Assembly: GCA_903834705.1 (NCBI GenBank)
Contig: CAILKF010000015.1
Location: 2,250 to 66,249 of the forward strand
Reading direction: 5' to 3'
Length of the DNA: 64,000 nucleotides
DNA from: an uncultured Actinomycetes bacterium
GTDB lineage: Bacteria > Actinomycetota > Actinomycetes > Nanopelagicales > Nanopelagicaceae
Both the position numbers and the translations under genes were made by a program. Below are positions 30,878-40,468 of the stretch, in pieces. The notes under the pieces are model-generated. The model was not told the DNA's origin, did no database searches, and worked only from the letters and a program-made list of their open reading frames with translations. Each line of letters starts with the position of its first letter. The stretch's first letter is position 1.

Positions 30878-31666
30878 ATGGAAACCAATAAATATTCGCA
30901 AGATTTAGCTCTAGCTCTAGCGCTAGCAGATGCGGCTGATCTGATTACAACTGCCCGTTATCAGGCACAAGATCTAGTTGTCACAACAAAGCCAGATAAC
31001 ACTCCCGTAACAGATGCTGATCGCGAAGCTGAAACCGTAATTAGAAAAATGCTTTCAGAAAAGAGACCAGCAGATGGGTTGGTCGGCGAAGAATTTGGTG
31101 ATGACAAGCAAGATAAAAATCGATATTGGGTTGTTGATCCAATTGATGGAACTAAGAATTTTATGAGGGGTGTCCCAACCTGGGCCAGTCTTATTGCCTT
31201 AGTTGAAAATGGCGAAGTCGTAGTTGGAGTAGCCAGTGCACCTGCTCTCTCGCGTCGTTGGTTTGCAGGTAAAGGACTTGGCTCATTCGTTACCTTTAAT
31301 GGTGGCGAAGAAAGAAAGATACATGTATCAAAAGTTTCCGAAATTAAGGATGCGTCCATTGCGTATTCTGATTTTGTCGGCTGGAACGAAAGACGCGACT
31401 TATTCACATCACTAGTTGATTCATGTTGGCGCTCTAGAGGTTTAGGGGATTTTTGGTCACACATGCTTGTTGCTGAAGGCGCAGTAGATATTGCAGCAGA
31501 ACCATCATTAGCATTATGGGATATGGCCGCCCTAGACATTATTGTTCGCGAAGCCGGTGGAACTTTTGGTGCAATTACTGGTGAACCTGGTCCGCATCAC
31601 CGAAGTGGACTTTCAACTAATGGGTTGCTTCACGAGAAAGTTGTGAGCCATCTCAATGGAAAATAA
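30878..31666 (+). CDS. Inositol monophosphatase-family protein (HisN/ImpA-like)
   Basis: 262-aa ORF with the IMPase motifs VGEEFG, WVVDPIDGTKNF and ALWDMAA. I cannot distinguish histidinol-phosphatase from IMPase by eye. Confidence 0.75.
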   Translation: METNKYSQDLALALALADAADLITTARYQAQDLVVTTKPDNTPVTDADREAETVIRKMLSEKRPADGLVGEEFGDDKQDKNRYWVVDPIDGTKNFMRGVPTWASLIALVENGEVVVGVASAPALSRRWFAGKGLGSFVTFNGGEERKIHVSKVSEIKDASIAYSDFVGWNERRDLFTSLVDSCWRSRGLGDFWSHMLVAEGAVDIAAEPSLALWDMAALDIIVREAGGTFGAITGEPGPHHRSGLSTNGLLHEKVVSHLNGK

Positions 31667-33908
31667 GTCGAGCGCTCTTGAGCCACTTACATTGAGCATT
31701 GAAGGAATGACATGTTCGGCATGTGTTTCCGCTATAGAAAGAACTTTGAATGCGATTCCTGGCGTCAGCGCAACAGTAAATTTTGCTACTGAAACAGCCC
31801 ACGTGTTGGCCCCAGCAGAGATGAACTCTAAAGATCTAATTGCTGCAGTTAAGTCGGCAGGATATTCAGCTCGGGAAATGTCAGACAGTAGCCAAGTGGC
31901 TTTACACAGCAAGAAATCAGCATGGGCGCTATTTTTCTCAGCAATTTTTACCGCACCCGTACTTGCGATATCTATGAAAATGAACTGGCATCATTCCATC
32001 GATGTTTGGATCTTGAATCAGCTTGATAATCTCAACCTTGCACACCCTTTATATTCTGCAAGTTCTTGGTTAGTAATAGGGCTAAGTGCGCCAGTAGTGC
32101 TCATTATCGCACTGCCAATTCATCGAGCAGCGGTACGCAACATTGCTCACCCAACTATGGACACACTCATAACCTTGGGATCTTTGAGCGCATTTGGATG
32201 GTCAATTTATGCAAACAGTACGGGCAATGGAGATGTGTACGCTGAAGTTTCAGCGGCAGTTATAACTTTTGTTATCGCAGGGCGCTTCCTAGAATCTCGT
32301 GCAAAGAAGCGGGCAAGTAGCGCGCTATCAACTCTATTGGCGCTCGGTGCTAAAGAAGTTTCTGTGCTCCGCAATGGAGAAACGGTGCTAATTCCCATCT
32401 CGCATTTAGAGGTTGGCGACGAATTCATTGCCAAGCCTGGCGAACGAATTGCAACCGATGGAGTTGTAATCTCTGGAGTCAGCGCTGTAGATAATTCCAT
32501 GCTTACCGGTGAATCAATGCCAATTGACGTTACCGTCGGCTCCCTAGTAATTGGGTCATCACTCAATCGAAATGGCCGATTAGTTATTCGAGCTACTCGC
32601 ATTGGTTCAGATACGGAATTAGCGCGCATCACTGCAATGGTAGTGAGCGCTCAAGGAACAAAAGCACCAATTCAGCGATTGGCAGATCGCATTGCCTCGG
32701 TTTTTGTACCAATTGTTACATTATTAGCAATAGGAACTTTCTTCGCATGGAGATATACCGACCATTCTTTAACGCAGTCAATTTCTTCTGCAATTACTGT
32801 CCTAGTTATTGCATGTCCATGTGCGTTGGGATTAGCAACTCCTGTAGCGCTGCTAGTTGCTTCCGGCCGAGGAGCCCAACGTGGCATTGTTATTCGCCAA
32901 CCTCGAGTTCTAGAACTTGCTGGAAAAGTTGACGCAGTAGTTCTAGATAAGACGGGGACTCTTACTGACGGAACAATGTCACTTCAAGACTGCATTGTTG
33001 TAGTCGAAGCAGGTGCGCCCCTTGGTTCGAAATATTCAGATCTATTGCGCGACCCCATAGTTCTTTCGTCCGCTTTATCAATTGAATCCCAAACTGACCA
33101 CCCAGTTGCAAGCGCGGTTGCAAGTTACATTAGTAGCCAAGGGATTAAGCCAACGACAGTTACTGAATTTTCTGTCACACCCGGAGCGGGCGCAGCAGGA
33201 CGCGTGAACTTAGGAATTATTTCACCTGTTGTCTTAGTGGGTTCTCCGATGGCCGTTGCACACAGCAGCACACCATTTCATCCACGTATTGCAGAAGCCA
33301 TTTCAAATTCGCAGAATAGCGGTCACACAGTTGCAGTTCTCGCTTGGGATGGCGTTGCAATTGCCGTATTTGCTGTCGGCGATCGCATCAAATCAGACGC
33401 TCAACAAACAATTCGTGAGTTTAAGGAACGCGGTATCGATCCTTGGTTGGTTTCTGGTGACGGTGTCGAGGTTTGTCTTGCAGTTGCAAACCAAGTTGGA
33501 ATCGCACCGGATCACGTTGTTGCAGGTGCGCTTCCTCAAGACAAAGTCAATCACGTCAAATTACTTCAAGGCCAGGGACATAAAGTATTAATGGTTGGGG
33601 ATGGAATTAATGATGCAGCGGGTCTTGCAACTGCTGACCTCAGTATTGCGATGGGAACTGGTACAGACACTGCCATTGCCACGGCTGATTTAACTCTCAT
33701 GAAACCAAACCTTCATGGAGTAATTGACGCGCTTTCACTGTCTAGCAAAACTCTTCGCGTCATCCGCGGAAATCTAGCGTGGGCATTTGCTTACAACGTC
33801 GTTGGTTTGCCAATTGCTGCGCTGGGATTACTCAGCCCAATGTATGCAGCTGGAGCGATGGCACTTTCTAGCTTATTTGTCGTCACGAATTCGTTACGAA
33901 TTAAGTAA
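31656..33908 (+). CDS. copA: Heavy-metal (Cu+-type) P1B ATPase
   Basis: 750-aa ORF with an N-terminal HMA domain (GMTCSACVSAIE), the TM CPC motif (ACPCALGLATP), and DKTGTLT and GDGINDA. It overlaps the preceding gene by 11 nt. Confidence 0.9.
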   Translation: MENKSSALEPLTLSIEGMTCSACVSAIERTLNAIPGVSATVNFATETAHVLAPAEMNSKDLIAAVKSAGYSAREMSDSSQVALHSKKSAWALFFSAIFTAPVLAISMKMNWHHSIDVWILNQLDNLNLAHPLYSASSWLVIGLSAPVVLIIALPIHRAAVRNIAHPTMDTLITLGSLSAFGWSIYANSTGNGDVYAEVSAAVITFVIAGRFLESRAKKRASSALSTLLALGAKEVSVLRNGETVLIPISHLEVGDEFIAKPGERIATDGVVISGVSAVDNSMLTGESMPIDVTVGSLVIGSSLNRNGRLVIRATRIGSDTELARITAMVVSAQGTKAPIQRLADRIASVFVPIVTLLAIGTFFAWRYTDHSLTQSISSAITVLVIACPCALGLATPVALLVASGRGAQRGIVIRQPRVLELAGKVDAVVLDKTGTLTDGTMSLQDCIVVVEAGAPLGSKYSDLLRDPIVLSSALSIESQTDHPVASAVASYISSQGIKPTTVTEFSVTPGAGAAGRVNLGIISPVVLVGSPMAVAHSSTPFHPRIAEAISNSQNSGHTVAVLAWDGVAIAVFAVGDRIKSDAQQTIREFKERGIDPWLVSGDGVEVCLAVANQVGIAPDHVVAGALPQDKVNHVKLLQGQGHKVLMVGDGINDAAGLATADLSIAMGTGTDTAIATADLTLMKPNLHGVIDALSLSSKTLRVIRGNLAWAFAYNVVGLPIAALGLLSPMYAAGAMALSSLFVVTNSLRIK

Positions 33909-33925
33909 CGTATCGCTTTCAGTAC

Positions 33926-34003
<78 letters not shown>

Positions 34004-34015
34004 TCGGTAAGCGCA

Positions 34016-34044
34016 ATAGTAGGTGCCAATCAAGCATCTACCAA
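34016..34044 (-). promoter_or_regulatory. Candidate housekeeping promoter for the initiator tRNA
   Basis: The minus strand reads TTGGTA-N17-TACTAT. The -10 element ends 12 nt upstream of the tRNA 5' end. Confidence 0.4.
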
Positions 34045-34055
34045 ATCGTAAGAAT

Positions 34056-36896
34056 TTACTTACGTGCTTGGGCTGCAATTGCAGCGGTAATGGCTGACTT
34101 CAAGCGATCTTGCGCACGACCGTACGCAGTGAAATCACCTTTTGCAAGTGCAGCTTGTCCATCAAGAAGCGCTTGCTTTGCGCTTTGAAGTGCAGAAGCC
34201 AAATCAGCAGACTTAGTTCCGGTTGTTGCAGTTGAAGTTGAAACTCCACCCGCAGCAGTTGTTCCAGAATTACCACCAAAAACTTGGTCTAGTGCACCCT
34301 TTAAGTTGTCGTCATAGCCGATTTGATCACCGAATGAAACGAGAACTTTTTGAAGTAATGGATACGATGCAGCATTTGCAGTTGCTCGTACATAAACTGG
34401 TTGTACATAAAGTAGTCCACCACCAACTGGTAGCGTCAAAAGATTTCCGAGAACTACATCTGACCCGCCTTGACGTAACAAGGAAAGTGAATTTGCTACT
34501 TCTGGCTTAGCCTCAAAGTTTGATGCAACCTGTGAAGGTCCAGCAATATTTGTACTGCGTGGTAGTTGTAAGACTGTAATTTTGCCGTAATCGGGCCCTG
34601 GATCAGAATTGACGACCGCAAATGCAGATAAGTTTTCACGGCCACCGCGCGGAACAAATGGCGTTGTTAATGAAAATGATGACTTATTAGCACCTGGCAG
34701 TTGTAGTGATAAGTAGTACGGTGGTTGCGCAGCAGCGTTTGCACCGAACGTCGAAGGATCGCGAGGTACGCGCCAGAAATCTTGCCCACCGTAGAAAGCG
34801 CTTGCAGTTTTAACATGGTAGGCACTTAAAATCTCTCGTTGTACACGGAAAAGATCTTCTGGATAGCGGATATGTTCAAGCAAAGATGCCGAAATATCCT
34901 TCTTTGCCTTAATGGTTTTAGGGAAAGCTTTTGCCCAGGTTGCTAGAACAGGGTCTTTCGTATCCCATTGATACAAAGTAACTGTGCCGTCGTACGCGTC
35001 CACTGTGGCTTTTACAGAGTTACGAATGTAGTTAATGGAGGCATTTGATTGCGCAGTTATTGACGCTGAATTATTGGTAAGCGCATCAGATGTCGCGCTA
35101 GAAAGGGTTGTCTTCTTCGAGTATGGATACCCCGCACTTGTGGTGTATCCGTCGATGATCCAGGTAATTTTTCCATCAACAAGTGCTGGATATGGATCGC
35201 CGTCAAGAGTTAACCACGGCGCAACTTTTGCAACTCGCTCTCGTGGGTTTCTCTCAAACAAAATCTTAGAATTAGCATTGATCAAGCTTGATAGGACAAT
35301 GCGTTGTTCTTGGTATTTAATTGCAAACACTAAGCGGTTGAAGAGTGAGCCCATTGGAACTCCACCCTTGCCGGTGTAGGTAACATTCTTTTGACCGTTT
35401 GCGGATGCATCATCTGGATAATCGAATTCAACCGGTGCATTTGCCGTCTTTCCACCAATGATCGAATAGTCGGGAACATTTTCACCGAAGTACACACGCG
35501 GTTCAAAGGTGCCAAGACCTTTAGTTGGTGGCAGGTCGCCAACGATGAAGGATGGCTTTCCATCTGCATCTCGTGCATTTCCTAAAGCTGCAACAAATCC
35601 AAATCCATGGGTATAAACAAGGTGGTCATTGATCCAGTTACGACTTGGATTTCCAGCAATATTTAACTCTCGTACCGCAACAACAGCGTCTCTTTCAACA
35701 CCGTTTACTTTATAGCGATCTATATCAAGTGATGCCGGGAAAGTGTAGTAAGGCTTGATCTGTTGAAGCTGACGGAAAGTTGAAGAAATAACATTGGGGT
35801 CCATCAAGCGGATATTGGAAATTGTAGGAGCGTCTTTAGAAAGTTGTCCTGCCGAAGTTGAAATTGTCGCCTGATAATCAGTGACCTTTACTCCAGTTAA
35901 GTCATATGCAGCGCGCGTTGCATCTATGTTCTTTTGGATAAACGGTGCCTCTTTTGAGGATTCACTTGGCTTGACTTGGAACTGCTGAATTACCCCTGGA
36001 TAAACGCCAGCAATCAATACAGATGAGATAACGAGAAGAGCAACTCCCGCTGATGGTAAAACCCAAGAACGGCGAATGATATTGGCAAAAAATAGAAGCG
36101 AACAGATCACGGCAATGCCGGCGAGAATTGCTTTGGCAGGCAACACTGCATTGACATCTGTGTATGTAAGACCTGTGATCAGTTTTCCTTCATTCAAAGC
36201 TAAGTGATATCGATCAAACCAATACGCAGCTGCCTTGAGCAAAACAATCACACCAAGAAGCACTGAAAGTTGCACTCGCGCTGAAACGGTCGTGCGGTCT
36301 TCTCGAACTTGCAAACGGATTCCACCGTATAGGTAGTGGACAATAATTGAAGCTATAAGGGAAATAATTAGGGTAGAAATTGCCCACTCAAGCAATGACT
36401 GGTAAAAAGGCAACTTAAATGCAAAAAATGAAATATCCATTCCGAATTGAGGATCTTTTACGCCGAATGGAGTTGAGTTGCGGAACATCAACCATGAACT
36501 CCATAGTTGCGAACCTGCAGAGCCTGAGAAATAAAAGAGGACCAATGTAAGTCCTGCAATCACGAACTTACGGATTGGCTCAACTTGTGCACGGTAACGC
36601 TCTAAATTATCAGCTTCGATGTTCATTGGTACATAAAGCGGGCGTCGCTTAAAAGCAATAATGACGTTGAGTAAAATGATTGCTGAAGTGAAGAAGCCAT
36701 ATGCGACGAAGAGTTCTGCTTTCGTTGAAAGTATTGTTTTCCAAACGCTGGTGAAATCTACAGAGTTGAACCAGAGCCAGTCCGCATAAAAGCCGCTGAG
36801 TGACACGAGCCCCATGAGGGCAATGGCAACAACAACAATTGTGATGAGGAGTGGGCTACGAGGGTTAGGCATTTTTGGCTGACGATTAAAACTCAT
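34056..36896 (-). CDS. UPF0182-family large polytopic membrane protein
   Basis: 946-aa ORF with about 7 N-terminal TM helices and a large extracytoplasmic region. Its length, topology and neighbourhood match the actinobacterial UPF0182 family as I remember it. Confidence 0.8.
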   Translation of the reverse strand: MSFNRQPKMPNPRSPLLITIVVVAIALMGLVSLSGFYADWLWFNSVDFTSVWKTILSTKAELFVAYGFFTSAIILLNVIIAFKRRPLYVPMNIEADNLERYRAQVEPIRKFVIAGLTLVLFYFSGSAGSQLWSSWLMFRNSTPFGVKDPQFGMDISFFAFKLPFYQSLLEWAISTLIISLIASIIVHYLYGGIRLQVREDRTTVSARVQLSVLLGVIVLLKAAAYWFDRYHLALNEGKLITGLTYTDVNAVLPAKAILAGIAVICSLLFFANIIRRSWVLPSAGVALLVISSVLIAGVYPGVIQQFQVKPSESSKEAPFIQKNIDATRAAYDLTGVKVTDYQATISTSAGQLSKDAPTISNIRLMDPNVISSTFRQLQQIKPYYTFPASLDIDRYKVNGVERDAVVAVRELNIAGNPSRNWINDHLVYTHGFGFVAALGNARDADGKPSFIVGDLPPTKGLGTFEPRVYFGENVPDYSIIGGKTANAPVEFDYPDDASANGQKNVTYTGKGGVPMGSLFNRLVFAIKYQEQRIVLSSLINANSKILFERNPRERVAKVAPWLTLDGDPYPALVDGKITWIIDGYTTSAGYPYSKKTTLSSATSDALTNNSASITAQSNASINYIRNSVKATVDAYDGTVTLYQWDTKDPVLATWAKAFPKTIKAKKDISASLLEHIRYPEDLFRVQREILSAYHVKTASAFYGGQDFWRVPRDPSTFGANAAAQPPYYLSLQLPGANKSSFSLTTPFVPRGGRENLSAFAVVNSDPGPDYGKITVLQLPRSTNIAGPSQVASNFEAKPEVANSLSLLRQGGSDVVLGNLLTLPVGGGLLYVQPVYVRATANAASYPLLQKVLVSFGDQIGYDDNLKGALDQVFGGNSGTTAAGGVSTSTATTGTKSADLASALQSAKQALLDGQAALAKGDFTAYGRAQDRLKSAITAAIAAQARK

Positions 36897-36905
36897 GGAG
36901 CAAGA

Positions 36906-37673
36906 TTACTGATTAACGTGCCAAGCGCAATGCGAGAACGGGGCTTTGCCATTTTGCAGTACCAACACAGCCTGTTTGAGCGTCGAAACCCCATAGATCT
37001 TCAATTCTTCGGGGGTGTTAAATATCTCATCGCAATTGTCTATCGGGGCAAAAAATATTGCCGCACCGGACCTTTGAGCCGCAGTAATTTTCTCATTAAT
37101 TCCACCTATTGCTCCAACATTTCCATGGCCATCAATAGTGCCGGTGCCAGCAACAATTCTTCCTTTAAGTAAATCTTCTCGAGTAAGTTTTTCAACTACG
37201 CCCAATGCGAAAACTAATCCTCCACTTGGCCCACCTGTGTCTTTAAGTTCAATTGAAACCTTTGGTGCTTGCCCCGCACTAATCCCTAGATAATCAAAAG
37301 CCGAAGCAGTTGCAGATGCTTGTGAAATTTTCATATCGGATGAACTTTGTGCTCTCAATGTTGATGCGTTGACATGGCGAGGGTAGATATATTCCCGAGG
37401 TACAACAATCGATTCTCCCGCTACCCAGGAACTAATCACATCGCCGGAAAACACAGGCGAACCAGGGCTACTTACCAAAACTGACATGACAAGAAGTTTT
37501 CCTGTAGTTGGGAAGACTTCGGCCCCTTTTATGCTGATTACTTTCTTAAGTACATCGGTACCTTCACCAGGTTTGATTACTGCAAATGGCAATGGCGCAA
37601 AGAAAGCAGCAAGAAGAAAGAAGGTAACTAGCGCTAAGCCAGTTCTAGGAAGTGCGGAAAAGCGCATGGGCAA
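36906..37673 (-). CDS. Membrane-anchored S16 (Lon C-terminal-like) serine protease, apparently without a PDZ domain
   Basis: 255-aa ORF with an N-terminal TM helix and a Lon-like catalytic region (DTGGPSGGLVFALGVVEKLT ... GTGTIDGHGNVGAIGGINEKITAA). Confidence 0.7.
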   Translation of the reverse strand: MPMRFSALPRTGLALVTFFLLAAFFAPLPFAVIKPGEGTDVLKKVISIKGAEVFPTTGKLLVMSVLVSSPGSPVFSGDVISSWVAGESIVVPREYIYPRHVNASTLRAQSSSDMKISQASATASAFDYLGISAGQAPKVSIELKDTGGPSGGLVFALGVVEKLTREDLLKGRIVAGTGTIDGHGNVGAIGGINEKITAAQRSGAAIFFAPIDNCDEIFNTPEELKIYGVSTLKQAVLVLQNGKAPFSHCAWHVNQ

Positions 37674-37685
37674 GTTACAAGCTAC

Positions 37686-37910
37686 TTACGCGCTTGGTTC
37701 TGTCTTTTCTTTTTCAATAGCGGCTTTAGCATCTAATTCTGCGCGATCTCTGAATGTGCTTTGGAAACGCTGGAATTGCCCCATAGAGCGAGTGGTTTCA
37801 TTCTCAAATTTTGCTTGGATTTTTGTTACCCAAATAACGTATCCAAGAGCACCGATTACTGCAGTAAGAGGAACTACCCACCAAATTAAAGCCGCGAATG
37901 CATTGGACAT
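37686..37910 (-). CDS. Small single-pass membrane protein
   Basis: I trimmed the track ORF to the ATG at 37910 (MSNAFAALIWWVVPLTAVIGALGYVIWV... then a charged tail). The longer 131-aa version would overlap the divergent gene. Confidence 0.4.
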   Translation of the reverse strand: MSNAFAALIWWVVPLTAVIGALGYVIWVTKIQAKFENETTRSMGQFQRFQSTFRDRAELDAKAAIEKEKTEPSA

Positions 37911-37997
37911 GCCCTCAGAGTAGCCCCTCGGGAAGAAACCCATCATCTGAATTGTTATAGATTCAACAGGTAGAGTTCGTGTCGAGGGGGTATCGAA

Positions 37998-39266
37998 ATG
38001 GCGCCATTTGGGTTTTCTCCAATGAGTGGCTCGGAAGATCCTGAGGAAATGAAGAAAAATATTGAGGCAGCTTTCGCCCAATTAGGAATTACTCCAGCAG
38101 GATTTTTAAACCAATTCAACACTGGCGCTTCTGAGTTAACCCTTCCTGAGAACGTTGCTCGCGAGATCGCAAAAAAGTTTGTGACCGCTCATGGTTTCCA
38201 TCCAATTGTTACGAAAGATATTAATGACATTCAAGAAGCGATGGACATTGCTAACACGTGGCTCAACGAAGCGACCCTGTTCCCAGCAAATCTGTCACAT
38301 TCAACAGATAACAAAAATATATACACCCGCGCCGATTGGGTGGATGCCACTATTGCCGGATGGCAACTCACCGTTGAGCCACTTGCATCTGGGTTAGCCA
38401 AAGCCATGAGTTCGGTAGTTGATCAACAAGAGCTACCTGAGGGTGCGCCACCGATAGCAGCAATTGCCGGCATGTTGCGAACCTTCATTGGCACCTTACT
38501 TGCCACGCAATTGGGGCAAAGCATTGGCGCACTCGCACATGGAGTTACTGGTCTACATGATGTTGGTTTGCCATTGGTAGAGCCATCACGACCTGGATTG
38601 ATACCTCAAAATATTGAGGAGTGGGGTGCAGATATCGGAGTTGATCCATCCCAAATACGCATATTTCACGCCCTTCGCGAAGGGGCTCTAGCACGGCTGT
38701 TTGATAACAATCCATGGCTTATCGATTATTTGCGCGGCGCTATAGGCGAATACGGCAATGGCGTTCGCATTGACGTTCAGCAAATACAAAACCAAGCGCA
38801 AGAAGCATTTGAATCTGGTGCCATTGATCCCAACAATCCTGAGAGTTTCACAATTGCACTCAATCAGGGTCTCTTTACACCTGACGAAAGTACTGAACAA
38901 AAAGATGCACTTGCAAAATTAGAAATTGCATTAGCCCTTATTGATGGATGGGCTGATGATGTTGTCACTTTGGCCGCAGGAGATCGCTTGCCGTCACTTA
39001 ATTCCTTAAGAGAAACTTTGCGTCGTCGTCGAGCAACTTCTTCTCCAACGCAACAACTCTTTGCCTCGCTTTTTGGATTAGAAGTTTCGCCACGCATGTC
39101 TCGAGAAGCGAGCGCATTCTGGACAGAGATTCGAATCTTGAAAGATGTGCACACTCGCGATCATGTATGGAGTGGAATTCTTCCGACTCAAGCAGAACTG
39201 ACAGACCCTGCGGGTTACCTGAGAAGTGTCGAAATTCCTGATGACCTCTCAACACTGGGTCACTAG
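37998..39266 (+). CDS. DUF2342-type putative zinc-dependent metalloprotease/hydrolase
   Basis: 422-aa ORF resembling the actinobacterial family annotated as zinc-dependent metalloprotease (region IRIFHALREGALARLFDNNPWL). I did not see a canonical HExxH motif. Confidence 0.65.
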   Translation: MAPFGFSPMSGSEDPEEMKKNIEAAFAQLGITPAGFLNQFNTGASELTLPENVAREIAKKFVTAHGFHPIVTKDINDIQEAMDIANTWLNEATLFPANLSHSTDNKNIYTRADWVDATIAGWQLTVEPLASGLAKAMSSVVDQQELPEGAPPIAAIAGMLRTFIGTLLATQLGQSIGALAHGVTGLHDVGLPLVEPSRPGLIPQNIEEWGADIGVDPSQIRIFHALREGALARLFDNNPWLIDYLRGAIGEYGNGVRIDVQQIQNQAQEAFESGAIDPNNPESFTIALNQGLFTPDESTEQKDALAKLEIALALIDGWADDVVTLAAGDRLPSLNSLRETLRRRRATSSPTQQLFASLFGLEVSPRMSREASAFWTEIRILKDVHTRDHVWSGILPTQAELTDPAGYLRSVEIPDDLSTLGH

Positions 39267-39332
39267 AGTCAATTAATTACGGCAACTCCCCGCACTTTGG
39301 GGACCTCACCATCTGCTCACGAGGATAAAAAG

Positions 39333-39403
39333 CGAAGTCCTCGGGCGCACATTCTTTATCTGCCTTCCCCTTGCAGATAGAGAACGGTTATCCGAGGACT
39401 TCG
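39333..39403. repeat. Nested perfect inverted repeat (12-bp outer arms, 7-9-bp inner hairpin with a C-rich loop)
   Basis: The outer arms are CGAAGTCCTCGG (39333-39344) and CCGAGGACTTCG (39392-39403). The inner stem is TATCTGC (39357-39363) / GCAGATA (39373-39379), closing the loop CTTCCCCTT. Confidence 0.8.
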
Positions 39404-39443
39404 TATGCGAAACTTATGTTATGAATCGCTCAGAATCAACTAG

Positions 39444-40112
39444 ATGTCGCACTATCGGAGCAACTATTTACGCTATTTTTATTGTGTGAACGAGCCGGAT
39501 GAGATACGCCATACCTCAAACACTGAAGTCAGAGTTGAGAGAACTCTTGACGAAAGCGGCGTCGGAATTGCCCAACAATTGCCTGGTTTAGATAACGACG
39601 ACATCATTGTCATTCGATCCAAGCGACGAAAAAGAAATATTGCTGCCTACAGACAAGGCGGACGCATAGTTGTCTCAATTCCTGCGCGATTAAGTAAAGC
39701 TGATGAGCGCGAAATCGTCCCTGAAATGGTTGCCAAGATTCATGCTCAGGAAAATGCCCGTACTTTCGATGAATCAGCCCTCGCCTCACGAGTGGACTCA
39801 CTCCTGACTCAATTCGCCCCTGAAATCACTGAGCGACCAACAAGTGTTCTCTGGCGAGCGCATATGGCCCAAAGATGGGGTTCATGTACGAGCGTGGATG
39901 GAACAATTCGCATCACCGACCGGCTATCCAAGGCCCCGGCCTACGTTTTGGACTTCGTACTCTTTCACGAGGCGATCCACTTGCGGTACGGAGATCATGG
40001 TCAGGAATTCACCTCACTCGTCGACCGATACCCGGATCATGCACGGGCTCAGGCTTATCTTGACGGGTATGAGGCAGCTGAAGACGCTCTTATACCCCCA
40101 GAGAGGCCTTAA
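39444..40112 (+). CDS. M48/DUF45 (YgjP-like) metallopeptidase-family protein
   Basis: 222-aa ORF with an HExxH motif in the typical DUF45 context (YVLDFVLFHEAIHLRYGDHGQEF). The start is uncertain. Confidence 0.72.
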   Translation: MSHYRSNYLRYFYCVNEPDEIRHTSNTEVRVERTLDESGVGIAQQLPGLDNDDIIVIRSKRRKRNIAAYRQGGRIVVSIPARLSKADEREIVPEMVAKIHAQENARTFDESALASRVDSLLTQFAPEITERPTSVLWRAHMAQRWGSCTSVDGTIRITDRLSKAPAYVLDFVLFHEAIHLRYGDHGQEFTSLVDRYPDHARAQAYLDGYEAAEDALIPPERP

Positions 40113-40130
40113 AGGCTGGGCTCTCTGCCT

Positions 40131-40205
40131 TTACGCTCAATAACGGGCAAGACACGCTCAAAAAGTTTTGCACTTACCCTGGCAATAGAGCCATTTTGAG
40201 CGTAA
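40131..40205 (+). promoter_or_regulatory. Structured leader upstream of the DUF5679 mini-gene
   Basis: TTACGCTCAA (40131-40140) pairs with TTGAGCGTAA (40196-40205). A second copy of ACGCTCAA at 40154-40161 offers mutually exclusive pairing. Confidence 0.3.
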
Positions 40206-40286
40206 GCAAGGGTATCGTGGCGTTTGCACGCTCGCGCATTTGAGGGAAGCTCTCCCTGAAAACGCTGGCGTCGATTGGAGGAGAAA

Positions 40287-40448
40287 ATGACGGAGACATA
40301 TAAGGGTGACGCTTACTGCGTTAAGTGCAAAGCCAAGCGTGATTTCGAGGGAACCGTAAAGGTCTCAGAATCTGGTCGTCGCATGGCGCAGGGCATCTGC
40401 TCGGTCTGTAATACCAAGCTCAATCGAATTCTTGGTAAGGCCCAGTAA
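40287..40448 (+). CDS. DUF5679-like zinc-ribbon mini-protein (53 aa)
   Basis: Below the ORF-track size cutoff. My translation is MTETYKGDAYCVKCKAKRDFEGTVKVSESGRRMAQGICSVCNTKLNRILGKAQ, with two CxxC pairs. A strong ribosome-binding site (GGAGGAG) lies 6 nt upstream and a strong terminator lies downstream. Confidence 0.75.
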   Translation: MTETYKGDAYCVKCKAKRDFEGTVKVSESGRRMAQGICSVCNTKLNRILGKAQ

Positions 40449-40468
40449 ACCCGACCTAAGAATTACAA

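Noticed and set aside
37911-38081. Long form (131 aa) of the minus-strand small ORF, overlapping the DUF2342 gene start.
   Set aside because: The extension is Arg/His/Phe-rich and non-membrane. It overlaps the divergent gene by 84 nt. The short form, starting at a TM helix, is more plausible.
39333-39403. The nested hairpin as a simple intrinsic terminator of the DUF2342 gene.
   Set aside because: No U-tract follows either hairpin. The structure is much longer than needed for a terminator. It is kept as a candidate RNA or inverted-repeat element instead.
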